Of a stretch of DNA of 64,000 bases, positions 35,909-44,837 are shown in pieces. Position numbers and translations under genes: made by a program. The stretch spans positions 1 to 64,000 of the forward strand of contig JBGARZ010000023.1 of NCBI GenBank assembly GCA_044229975.1. Direction: 5' to 3'. The DNA comes from Polyangiales bacterium (GTDB lineage Bacteria > Myxococcota_A > Polyangia > Polyangiales > Ga0077539). Position 1 is the first letter of the stretch. Every line of letters begins with the position of its first letter. A model generated the notes under the pieces. It had not been told where the DNA came from. It saw nothing but the letters and a program-made list of their open reading frames with translations, and searched no databases.

Positions 35909-37377
35909 GTCCCTCGCCAGAACGTCCCCTGGGTGGCCGGAGGCGACAGGCGGTGCGGTTGGGGATGCTGTTGGTGGCGACGGCCCTGAGCTCTGCGGAG
36001 GCGCGGGCGAACGGGCGCTTCCCCGGGGCCAACTACTTCGTGGCGGGGCCGGGTTCGCGCAACGACGTGTTCGCGCTGCGTACGACCTTCGGACTGCTGC
36101 TCTCGCGCGACGGTGGTCGGGCGTGGAGCTGGGTCTGCGAGGGGGCCTACGGGGCCATCGCGGGCGACCCCGCGCTCTCGATCGGAGCGGACGGCACCCT
36201 CGTGCTCGCGTCGTACGTCGGCCTGAGCGGCAGCAGCGGCGGTGACTACTGCACCTGGGCGCCTCTGGGAGGAGTTCCTGTGCGGGACTTCATCGACGTC
36301 TCGCAGACCGCGGACGGCCGGTCGATGGTCGCCCTCGCGGGGCCCGGCGGGGAGAACGCGCTCTACCTCTCGTCCGACGGCGGGCGCACCTGGAACCCCG
36401 GCGCGCGCCTCGTCGGGTACACCACGGAGACCGTGGACGTCGCGCCCAGCGACCCGACGCGGGTCTACGTCACCGGGTACGCGACCACGGGCTCGGGCGG
36501 ACCGGTGCTGCTGCGAAGCGACGACGGCGGTCGCACCGTTCGAGAGGCCACGCGCGACTTCCTCGGCGGCGAGAGCGTCTTCCTGGCCGGGGTGGATCTG
36601 ACGCGCCCCGACGTGATCTACCTGCGCGCCGTGCGCGGCCTCCCGACGACCCTGTTGCGCAGCGACGACGGAGGAATGACCGTACGGCTCGTCGCGCAAA
36701 CCGCGCGGGAGATGCTGGGCTTCGCGCTCTCTGACGATGGTGACACGGTGTGGATCGCGAGCGCCGATCCCGCCGGGGGGATACTGCGATCGGAGCGTGG
36801 CGGCCCATGGACGCGCACCGCAGCGGACCTTGGCGTGAAGTGTCTGCGCTTCCACGCGGGCACCCTGTTCGTGTGCGCGGACGAGGCGCGCGACGGCTTC
36901 GCGCTGGGCTATTCCCGCGACGGCGGCGACCACGTCGATCCGTTGCTCTCGCTGCGTCTGGCGGAGGGCGCGTCCGGGGCTTGCGGTCCAGGCACCCAGG
37001 TGGGCGGCGCCTGCGCTTCCCGCTGGGCGACAGAGACGATGCTGCTCCGAGACATCGACGCGAGCGTGCCAACCGCGGCGGTGTTCCACGACGGGAGCAC
37101 CGATCACGGAGTCGCACTCGATCGGGCTTCGCCAATCGACGGGCCGACCGGTCGCCTCGACGCGGGTCAACCAACCGACATGATGGTCCTTCCCCCTGGT
37201 GGCTGCGGGTGTCGCGTAGCGGGGCGGGGCGGAGGGCCAGCACGGGGCGTGACGGTGAGCGCGTGGCTCACCGCGGCGGTGGTGCTCGTCGGGCGTTTGA
37301 GGCGACGAGCGCCGGCGAGGAGTGCCCATCTCCCGGCAGCCCGACTTGCTCCCGCGCAAACGGCGAGGCTCGGTTGA
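35905..37377 (+). CDS. BNR/Asp-box beta-propeller (NGRFP family) with MYXO-CTERM-like tail, paralog 5
   Basis: ATGA overlap with paralog 4 and high similarity to it; GGCGCRV...GRLRRR. Confidence 0.88.
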   Translation: MSPSPERPLGGRRRQAVRLGMLLVATALSSAEARANGRFPGANYFVAGPGSRNDVFALRTTFGLLLSRDGGRAWSWVCEGAYGAIAGDPALSIGADGTLVLASYVGLSGSSGGDYCTWAPLGGVPVRDFIDVSQTADGRSMVALAGPGGENALYLSSDGGRTWNPGARLVGYTTETVDVAPSDPTRVYVTGYATTGSGGPVLLRSDDGGRTVREATRDFLGGESVFLAGVDLTRPDVIYLRAVRGLPTTLLRSDDGGMTVRLVAQTAREMLGFALSDDGDTVWIASADPAGGILRSERGGPWTRTAADLGVKCLRFHAGTLFVCADEARDGFALGYSRDGGDHVDPLLSLRLAEGASGACGPGTQVGGACASRWATETMLLRDIDASVPTAAVFHDGSTDHGVALDRASPIDGPTGRLDAGQPTDMMVLPPGGCGCRVAGRGGGPARGVTVSAWLTAAVVLVGRLRRRAPARSAHLPAARLAPAQTARLG

Positions 37378-37443
37378 CGGAAATGCGAGTGCTTTGATAG
37401 GGCAGTCTCGGAGTGTGCTGGCGCACCTCATTGGGAGGACATC

Positions 37444-37749
37444 ATGGATATCCGAACTGTCGCTTTTGCCGTCGCTTCGTTGGCTTTGGGTTTGGCTGCC
37501 GGAGACATCAGGGCTGAAACACCGATCACCATGCAGGAGGACGTGCTCCAGACACCTCCCGCGACCCCCTTGCAGCACTGCTGGCAAGAGTGCCATCCCG
37601 AGTGCCATCCGGTTTGCGTCCCCGAGTGCCATCCGGTCTGCCACCCCATCTGTGATGCCGATGGGCACTGCCACCAGGACTGTCACCAGGAGTGCCACCA
37701 GGACTGTCACCAGGAGTGCCACCAGGAGTGCCACCAGGTTTGCCGCTGA
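37444..37749 (+). CDS. Secreted (CHxx)n Cys/His-repeat peptide (TPLQ-leader type)
   Basis: GGAGG RBS; signal peptide; ATPLQ followed by 14 Cys at 4-residue spacing in two arms and 12 His; 12-bp DNA periodicity. Confidence 0.85.
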   Translation: MDIRTVAFAVASLALGLAAGDIRAETPITMQEDVLQTPPATPLQHCWQECHPECHPVCVPECHPVCHPICDADGHCHQDCHQECHQDCHQECHQECHQVCR

Positions 37750-37932
37750 CGAAGAGGCGGACCTCCTCGTCGGAAGCCCGCATGTAGAGAGCGAGTGCGC
37801 GCGTTGGCGAGGTTTCTTCCGGGGGGTGTCGCCATCGAAATCCGTCGAGGTGCGACGGAGGCAACGTATCGGGGATCGTCCAAGCTGCGAAGGCCCGATC
37901 GCCGCGAGGCGTGCCGCACCTGCAACCGTTGG

Positions 37933-39258
37933 GTGTACCTTCCCGGCGTGCTTCGACGAGCTCTCCTCGCAACCGCGCTGAGCTTCCTTCCAGCCACGGC
38001 CTACGGCAACGGACGCTTCCCCCAGGCGCAGGAGTTTCACCAAGCCCCGGGCTCGAACAGCGAGCTCATGGTCGTGCGCGCCACCTTCGGACTCATCGTC
38101 AGCGTCGACCGGGGCCAGCGGTGGGAATACTGGTGCGAGGACGCTCTGCAGTACTCCGACGGCTACGATCCGCCGCTGACGTACACCGCCAACGGCACGC
38201 TGCTCGTCGCCCTCGACAACGGCCTCTTGAGCACCCGCGATGGGTGTTCAGTTCGCCGCCAACCCGACCTCGAGTCCCTCAGCGTCAAGGACATCGCCTC
38301 GTCGCCCGACGGCCGCGTGACATGGGCGATCGCGGTGACCCGCAGCATACGACCCGACTCGCGCGTCGCACGTTCGACCGACCAGGGCCTCACCTTCGAG
38401 TTCGTCGGCGACCGCTTCGAGGGGGTGATGCTGGAAACCATCGAGGTCGCGGGCTCCGATCCGCTGCGGCTCTACGCCACCGGCACGCTGACCTCCGACG
38501 GCACCGCGGTGCTCTTCCGCACCGTGGACGGCGGCGTGCGCTGGGTGCGCGCCAGCGCGGGCTTCGGCGAGGCTAGCGGGGTGTACGTCTCCGGCGTCGA
38601 TGGGCATCGCCCGGAGGTCGTCTACCTGCGCGCGACCGCGGCCGGGCGGGACATGGACGCCGGCCCCGCGGGCAGCGCTGATGTGCTCTTCCGCAGCGAC
38701 GATGGGGGTGAGACGCTGCGCGAGGTGCTTCGTACCCGCGGCCCGATGCGGGGGTTCGGACTCTCCGACGACGGTCGACGGGTGTGGGCTGGCGGGCCCG
38801 AAGACGGCGTGTGGCGCTCCATCGACGGGGCAGCGCCCACGCGCTTTTCGGACGAGCCTGTCGACTGCCTCCGGTGGAGTTCGGGTGCCCTGTGGGCCTG
38901 CCGCGTCTTCACCCTCGGCGGCCCCTTGTTGCTGCGGAGCGACGGCGACAGCGCCTTCGTCACAGCGCTTTCGGCGCCTGAGGTTGGCGGTCCTCCGGTC
39001 CGTTGCCCGACCGGAACCGTCGCGAGCGGGGTGTGTCCGTCGCGGTGGAGCGTGGTGCGGCGATCTCTCGTTCAGCCGGCGGCGATCGATGCCTCGACCG
39101 ACCAGGGCGCGGCGGTCACGCAGCCGTCCTCGGCGGGCCATGGATGCCACGCCGGACCTGGGGCGCAGGGGGCTTGGAGCGCCTTCGTCGGGTTCGCCGT
39201 TGCGGCGATCGGACGGCGGCGGCGCACTCGCACCCTCCGCTCCCGCCCTGACGGCTGA
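37933..39258 (+). CDS. BNR/Asp-box beta-propeller (NGRFP family) with MYXO-CTERM-like tail, paralog 6
   Basis: AYG-NGRFP; YWCE; Asp-boxes; GHGCH...AAIGRRRR. Start approximate. Confidence 0.85.
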   Translation: MYLPGVLRRALLATALSFLPATAYGNGRFPQAQEFHQAPGSNSELMVVRATFGLIVSVDRGQRWEYWCEDALQYSDGYDPPLTYTANGTLLVALDNGLLSTRDGCSVRRQPDLESLSVKDIASSPDGRVTWAIAVTRSIRPDSRVARSTDQGLTFEFVGDRFEGVMLETIEVAGSDPLRLYATGTLTSDGTAVLFRTVDGGVRWVRASAGFGEASGVYVSGVDGHRPEVVYLRATAAGRDMDAGPAGSADVLFRSDDGGETLREVLRTRGPMRGFGLSDDGRRVWAGGPEDGVWRSIDGAAPTRFSDEPVDCLRWSSGALWACRVFTLGGPLLLRSDGDSAFVTALSAPEVGGPPVRCPTGTVASGVCPSRWSVVRRSLVQPAAIDASTDQGAAVTQPSSAGHGCHAGPGAQGAWSAFVGFAVAAIGRRRRTRTLRSRPDG

Positions 39259-39348
39259 CGAGCCGTGGGAACTTCCGAGCTCTCCGAAAGAACTACTGCC
39301 TCCCACTGAGCCGTCCCTCCAGGTTGCGGCCAACGCTCTGCGCCTGCT

Positions 39349-39643
39349 GGCGTTCAGCGATACCCGACGTACGACGCAGTTGCCCGTTGGCTTGTGACGT
39401 CAATCCCTCTAGAAGGCGTTACTTCTTGCCATCATAAAGGCAAGATATCCTCCGTCTGGATCCCTCCTAATCCGGGGCCGAGGGGCGCGAAGCGGAACCG
39501 ACGGCCTGTAGAGCACCTCTACAGAATGCCTCAGGCCGACAAATTAGCTAACGATTATAGCAAGTTATCGGCATGGCTCCACCGGGGTCTGCCGGAATCT
39601 GGCCGCTCGTGCTTCCACCGGGGTCTGCCGGAATTTGGCCGAT
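39349..39643 (+). other. Putative replication origin copy 1 (palindromes, AT-rich tract, DnaA-box-like 9-mer, 2 iterons)
   Basis: Inverted homolog of 44138-44464; AT-rich at 39541-39570; TTATCGGCA at 39565; CCACCGGGGTCTGCCGGAATYTGGCCG at 39579 and 39615. Confidence 0.65.
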
Positions 39644-39665
39644 CGCTCGGCCGGGCCACCGTCTG

Positions 39666-41181
39666 CTACCGCCCACTCAGTCGGGCGACAGCTTCTTCGA
39701 GCGCGCGTCCCATCTCCGCCTCGGGGTCCGCTTCGGCCCGGATCACGCTCCGCGTCCCGACCCCAAGAGTTTGGGTCACCTGGACCTGAGTCCAGCCCTT
39801 GGACCTGCGCCATGCGCGCAGCTCGCTGCCCGTCGGGATCGAGGGCACTGGGGCGGCTCGACGGGCGGGAGGTGGTGGATCAGGCGGTCGCGGACCCACT
39901 GGGGGGGTAGAGGTGACAGCGGCCCCCGAGCGTCCGTTCGCCGCCCGCTTGACACCATCGCACCTCGCCCAGACCTTCGACGCGTTGGAGTTCGGCCAAG
40001 TCGCGCTCGAGGGACGTCCAGGCGCGACCCGGCTTGTTGGAGTCGAACTTGATGCCCGCGGTCTCGAGGAGTCCCTGGCCGGTGAGCGTGACGCACTCCC
40101 GGCCCTTCGCGAGGTCCCAGCGCCAGTGGATCGGGAGGATCAGTCCCAGGGCGAGGGCGCAGGGGTGGCGCACATGGTCGATGCGCGCGAGGTCGGCCGG
40201 GGCGGGTGCCCAGAGTGATCCCAGGGTGCCGTCGCGGTCCCGGACACCCTCGTAGAGCGCGGGGTGGATGGCCAGCACGAGCCCCTCCAGCGCCCACTCG
40301 GAGTCGTAGATCGCCTCGGCCCGCTGCGTGATGCTGAGCACGGGGCCGCGCATCCGCAGCTCCCCGCTGCGGTGGTAGATGGCCAGTTCGAGCCGCGTCA
40401 GCGCTTCGACCTCGTCGGCGACGACCTTACGCACGGAGTCGTCGCGGCGCGCGCGGTCGGAGTACCCGAGCGCGTCCATGTGCGCCTCGATTTTCCACCG
40501 CACGAACCCCGTTCGCCCCTCCGTGGTGAGCAGCCGGTGCCAGGCCGCCCAGTGCCGGAGCCCCTGCCACCCGCACCACGCCCTCACGGCGTGGATGATC
40601 CGCTCGGGGAGTTCTCGGACGTCCAGCTGCAAGCGCACCTGCCGGGTGGGGGCGAGGATCTCGGCCCACCCGTCCATGACCGGCGTCTTGTGCGGTTGCC
40701 TGTCTTTCGGGCGGTCGCGCCAGCCGTTGAGCAGCGCGTGGTGCGCGGGACCCGCGTCGAGTGCCATGAACGGCCGCTCGCGGTCGCGCTGGGCCGCGCG
40801 GACCGCGTGAGCCGAGAGCGCCGACAACGCCAGGACCCTCGCCAGCTCCCAGACCCTGGACAGGAAGTCCTGCTCGCCCGCGACCCCTTGCTCGGCGGCC
40901 ATGACCAGCGAGGCTGCACCCCACGTCCAGTCGAAGGCCGCCCCGCCGCGGATTCCGGGAAGGGTCGCCGGTCTGTCCGGTGTACCGGTTCCCCGATCGA
41001 CTGGGCGGTTCGCGCCGTTGGCTTGGAGCGCGAGGACGGTGCTGAACACCTCGCCGCGCGCTTCCAGATCGCTGCGAAGGTCGGCGAGGCCTTCCGGGCC
41101 GCTCGCCGTGGCCAGGAGCCGGTCGATCACCAGGCCGAGGTCCTTGTCCGACACCAGGGCTCGAAGCGCGTTCCGCAGCAC
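39666..41181 (-). pseudogene. Rep-like protein with C-terminal XRE HTH, frameshifted paralog of 44751..46397
   Basis: Shares WQGLRHWAA, EVEALTR and LALGLILPIxWRW. The C-terminus (LYPP/QWVRDRL/TGSELRAWR) is split over three frames near a G7 run at 39901. Confidence 0.7.
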
Positions 41182-41229
41182 CTGGGCGTCGGCTCGGCGT
41201 CACGGACACGCCGCGCGAGCACGCGAAGG

Positions 41230-41735
41230 AGGTGCTGAGGGAGCTGCTGGCGATGAGGGTCCAGAAGACGCTCATGCTGAGCGGAGACCACCAGGGGTCG
41301 CCGACGCGGTGGCCCGGCAGGTCGGCCTGACCGACGCGAAGGGCGACCTGCTCCCCGAGGACAAGGGCCGCGTCATCGACGAGCTCGCGAAGGCCGGCGT
41401 CGGCGTCGCCATGGTAGGCGACGGGTTCAACGACGCCCCAGCGCTCGCCTGATCGACCGTCGGGATCGCCATGCGGGCAAGCGGTTCGGACGTGGCGCTG
41501 AAGACAGCAGACATCGTGCCCATGGGTGACGACCTGCGGGCTTTGCCCTTCGCCGTGGGCCTCAGCCGCGCCTGCCGGCGGGTCATCCAACAGAACCTCT
41601 GGGCGAGTCTCGGCATGGTCGCGTTCCTCATCCCAGCAACTGTGTTCGGGATCGCCGGCATCGGCGTCGCGGTCGTGCTGCACGAAGGTTCGACACTCCT
41701 TGTCGTGACCAACGCCCTGCGCCTGCTGGCATTCA
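41230..41735 (+). pseudogene. C-terminal fragment of a P1B-4 heavy-metal ATPase
   Basis: [24 protein letters not shown], then an in-frame TGA, then VVLHEGSTLLVVTNALRLL. Confidence 0.85.
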
Positions 41736-41844
41736 TTGCCCCCATTTCACAGCGAAACCATAGTTGCTTCTCCGCCTTTCCTTCTGGACGTCATTCCTTC
41801 ATGCCGTCACGAAGGCAAGATGGTCGCGTCGTACCGTGCGTCCA

Positions 41845-41923
41845 CGCCGCGTGCTTCCACTGCGACCCTCTGCTGGAGGGGTGTGACCCCGATCCGGCGT
41901 GACATCAGTCGTCGAGCTGTTGA
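41845..41923 (+). repeat. ~80-bp direct repeat, copy 1
   Basis: CGCCGCGTGCTTCCACTGCGACCCTCTGCTGG...GTCGTCGAGCTGTTGA, near-identical to 43827-43910. Confidence 0.9.
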
Positions 41924-41924
41924 G

Positions 41925-43448
41925 TTAGGGGGGTCGAGTCGGCGACTGTGACCCTGACGGCCCATGCTTCCGCGGCGGGGACCGACGGCGAGCCGGGACG
42001 ATCAGTCCCAGGACTGCCAGCACGAGCGACGCGCCACCCCCACCGGGCGCGGCGTGCGCCCCCGCGCGGCAGTTGCACCCGTCGCGCGGCGCTGGTGCGC
42101 CAACGGCGTCGAGCACGGTGTCGGGGGCATCGAGCACCCGGCCCGCGTCGCGGGCGTCGGCCCCGCCGAGATCCTCAGACACGTCGGGCGCGGCGCCGAG
42201 GTCCGCGGGCAGCGTCCCGGCGTCGAGCGGCGCCTGCATCCCGCTCGCGTCGAAGACGGCGGCATCGTGGAAGACCGGCGCGCGCGGCGCGCTCGCGTCG
42301 ATGCTCCGAAGCGGCGCCGAGACCGCCGACCAGAAGTCGGCGCACGTCGCCCCGACGCTGGCGTCGCCGCACATCGGAGAGGTGCCGGTGAGCCGACGTA
42401 GCGAGAGCAGCGGGTCGATGTGCTCGCCGCCGTCGTGGGAGTAGCCCAGCGCGAATCCGTCAATCACCTCGTCGGCGCACACGAAGAGCAGCCCGGCGTG
42501 ATAGCGCAGGCACTTCACACCAACGTCGCCACCGACACGCGTCCACGGGCCACCGCGCACCGATCGGCGGATGCCCTCGGCGCGAGCGGAGCTCGCGGTC
42601 CAAACGGTCTCGCCGTCGTCGGAGAGCGCAAAGCCCACCATCTCCTCCGACGTCTCCCCGATGGGGCGTAGGGTCAACCCGCCGTCATCGCTGCGCAGCA
42701 ACACCGTCCCGAGACCACGGGTACCTCGCACGTACACCACGTCGGGCCGGCGCGGATCGACGGCAGCGAGGAATACCCCATGGGCGCCGGCAAAGTCCCG
42801 CGCGACCTCGCGCACCGAGCGCCCGCCGTCGTCACTGCGCAGAAGAACCGGGATGCCGCCGCGAACATAGGCCGTCACGTAGACTCGCCGCGGGTCGTTG
42901 GGCGCCACGTCCGCGGTCTCGCTGAAGTACCCCATCAGCCGCGCGCCAGCTTCCCAACTCCGCCCGCCGTCGGACGAGAGCACCAACACGTCGTCGCCGG
43001 TGGGCCCGGCCAACGCAACCATGGCGCGCCCGTCGGCGGTGTGGGTAATGTCGGCAAAGCCCCGCGTGGGCGCGCCCGCCGGACGCGTCCAGCGACAGTA
43101 CGCCCCGTTGCTGGATGCGAGCCCGGTGAAGGTTGCGATCACCACGGTGCCGTCGGCGCCGATGGAGAGCGACGGATCGGCAGCGCCAGGGGCATTGAAG
43201 CCCTCCTCACAAACCCAATCCCACTGCCGCCCGCCGTCTCGCGAGAGCAGCAGACCGAAGGTCGTGCGCAGCGCTAGGACGTCGTTGGTCGCGCCCGGGC
43301 CCGCGACGAAGTATCCCGCTGCGGGGAAGCGCCCGTTGGCCTGCGCCTCGCCCGCGAAACCGAGAGCCAGCGCCAGACCCAGTGCCCCCACCCTACCCCG
43401 CACCGCTCCCCCGCACATCCAATGCCCACCCGCCGTTGGTGCTGTCAT
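41925..43448 (-). CDS. BNR/Asp-box beta-propeller (NGRFP family) with MYXO-CTERM-like tail, paralog 7
   Basis: AQA-NGRFP; close to paralogs 4 and 5; DGCNCRA...LIVPARRR. Confidence 0.87.
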   Translation of the reverse strand: MTAPTAGGHWMCGGAVRGRVGALGLALALGFAGEAQANGRFPAAGYFVAGPGATNDVLALRTTFGLLLSRDGGRQWDWVCEEGFNAPGAADPSLSIGADGTVVIATFTGLASSNGAYCRWTRPAGAPTRGFADITHTADGRAMVALAGPTGDDVLVLSSDGGRSWEAGARLMGYFSETADVAPNDPRRVYVTAYVRGGIPVLLRSDDGGRSVREVARDFAGAHGVFLAAVDPRRPDVVYVRGTRGLGTVLLRSDDGGLTLRPIGETSEEMVGFALSDDGETVWTASSARAEGIRRSVRGGPWTRVGGDVGVKCLRYHAGLLFVCADEVIDGFALGYSHDGGEHIDPLLSLRRLTGTSPMCGDASVGATCADFWSAVSAPLRSIDASAPRAPVFHDAAVFDASGMQAPLDAGTLPADLGAAPDVSEDLGGADARDAGRVLDAPDTVLDAVGAPAPRDGCNCRAGAHAAPGGGGASLVLAVLGLIVPARRRSPPRKHGPSGSQSPTRPP

Positions 43449-43512
43449 CCCTACTCCCGCGATCCTGACACGGAATGCCCGGCTTCCGCCCCGGACAAGG
43501 GCTCGATGACTT

Positions 43513-43531
43513 CCTACTATCCGTCGTAGTA
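43513..43531. promoter_or_regulatory. Putative BlaI-type operator upstream of BNR paralog 7
   Basis: CCTACTATCCGTCGTAGTA has the same arms and spacing as 14634-14652. Confidence 0.5.
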
Positions 43532-43599
43532 TTTTCGCGACTCGCGCGGACGTTCCGCGCCAGGAGACGGACGGAACGTGACCAAACTGCAGTCTGACC

Positions 43600-43826
43600 T
43601 GCGGCGCGCTCACGCTCGTCGGCTGGGTGGCCGGGAAGCTGGGCGCCCCTCCCTCACCTGCAACGTGCCCTTCTGGCTCGCGTACGCGGCGGGCGGGTGG
43701 TTCGCGCTGCGTAAAGCGGTGCTCGTCATCCGCGCGAAGAAGTTCGAGATCGACTTCCTCATGCTGGTGGCCGCCGCGGGCGGGGGCGCTCGGGGAGTGG
43801 TTCGAGGGGGCGCTGCTGCTCTTCCC
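43600..43826 (+). pseudogene. N-terminal TM fragment of a P1B heavy-metal ATPase
   Basis: LAYAAGGWF...KFEIDFLMLVAAAG / ALGEWFEGALLLF in shifted frames, cut off by the 80-bp repeat. Confidence 0.75.
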
Positions 43827-43910
43827 CGCCGCGTGCTTCCACTGCGACCCTCTGCTGGTGGAGGGGTGTTGACCCCGATCCGGCGTGGCATCAGGTCGTC
43901 GAGCTGTTGA
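43827..43910 (+). repeat. ~80-bp direct repeat, copy 2
   Basis: Matches 41845-41923 with small indels. Confidence 0.9.
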
Positions 43911-44137
43911 ACTCCCCGTGATCCTGCGCGAGGTGACCAGTGGGTCCGCGACCGCAGCACGGCGCAGCCACGCCCGACGACACCACCGACCCGTAGCGGA
44001 TCGGCGAAACCTCTCCAGACAGCGACTCAGCAAGGGCGCCCGTACATGTGCGCGGCGGGCCTCGGACGCAGCTGCTCGGGGGCGACCTCGCGGCGCTCAC
44101 GCCATGGGTGCCGCCAAAGCACAGAGGCCCGGCCACA

Positions 44138-44464
44138 CGATCGGCCAAATTCCGGCAGACCCCGGTGGAGGATTCGGCCAGCTTCCGGCAGATCCTGGTG
44201 CCAGATCGGCCAAATTCCGGCAGACCCCGGTGGGGACATGTCGATAACTTGCTAGAATCGTTACCTAATTTTCTAAACCAAGGCCTTCTGTACAGGTACT
44301 CTACAGAGCCGTCGGTTCCGCTTCGCTCCTCTCGGCCCCGGATTAGGAGGGATACGGCCGAAGGATGTCTTGCCTTCATGACGGCAAGAGGCAACGCCTT
44401 CCAGATGGAGTGACGTCACGAGATAGCGGGCAGTGGCGTGGTACACCGGGTATCGTTGAACGCC
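44138..44464 (-). other. Putative replication origin copy 2 (3 iterons, DnaA-box-like 9-mer, AT-rich tract, palindromes)
   Basis: TCGGCCAAATTCCGGCAGACCCCGGTGG-type units at 44141, 44174 and 44206; TGTCGATAA at 44239; AT-rich at 44244-44282. Confidence 0.7.
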
Positions 44465-44683
44465 CCTCGTTTCGCAGCGAAACCGTAGGCGTCCACCCGC
44501 CTTTCCATGTAGACGTCATTCCTTCCTGACGTCACGAAGGCAAGCCTTCGTTCCGTCACCTTATGTGCCGGACCGTCCTCCAGACGGGCCGAGCACCAGA
44601 AGGTTCTCCTCAGAGGAGAACCTCAGAGAGGACGTCAGAAAGTTGATTTCTCCTGTACTTCCAATGACTTGCAACAGGGCCTT

Positions 44684-44837
44684 CCGCAGGATCTGCCGGA
44701 TTCCTGCCGGTTCACCCGCAGGATCTGCCGGATTCCTGCCGGTTCATCCGCTAGGTCTGCCGGATTCCTGCCGGTCCACCCCTCCTGGCCAGTTCATCCG
44801 CAGGGTCTGCCGGATTTCTGCCGGTCACCTGCCGGTC
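44684..44837 (+). repeat. Iteron-like tandem array, 32-bp period
   Basis: CAGGATCTGCCGGATTCCTGCCGGTTCAYCCG-type units at 44687, 44719, 44751 and a fourth at 44801; overlaps the 3' end of the rep-like gene. Confidence 0.85.

Noticed and set aside
37570..37749. CxxxCH units as heme-binding motifs of a multiheme cytochrome
   Set aside because: The motifs overlap every 4 residues, leaving no room for heme packing, and there is no canonical CxxCH.
39901..39907. G7 run in the rep paralog as a phase-variation switch
   Set aside because: A second frameshift lies nearby, so decay or sequencing error is the simpler explanation.
44138..44837. 32-33-bp periodic repeats as a CRISPR array
   Set aside because: Units are nearly contiguous with no unique 25-40 bp spacers, and no cas genes are present. 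The context fits iterons.
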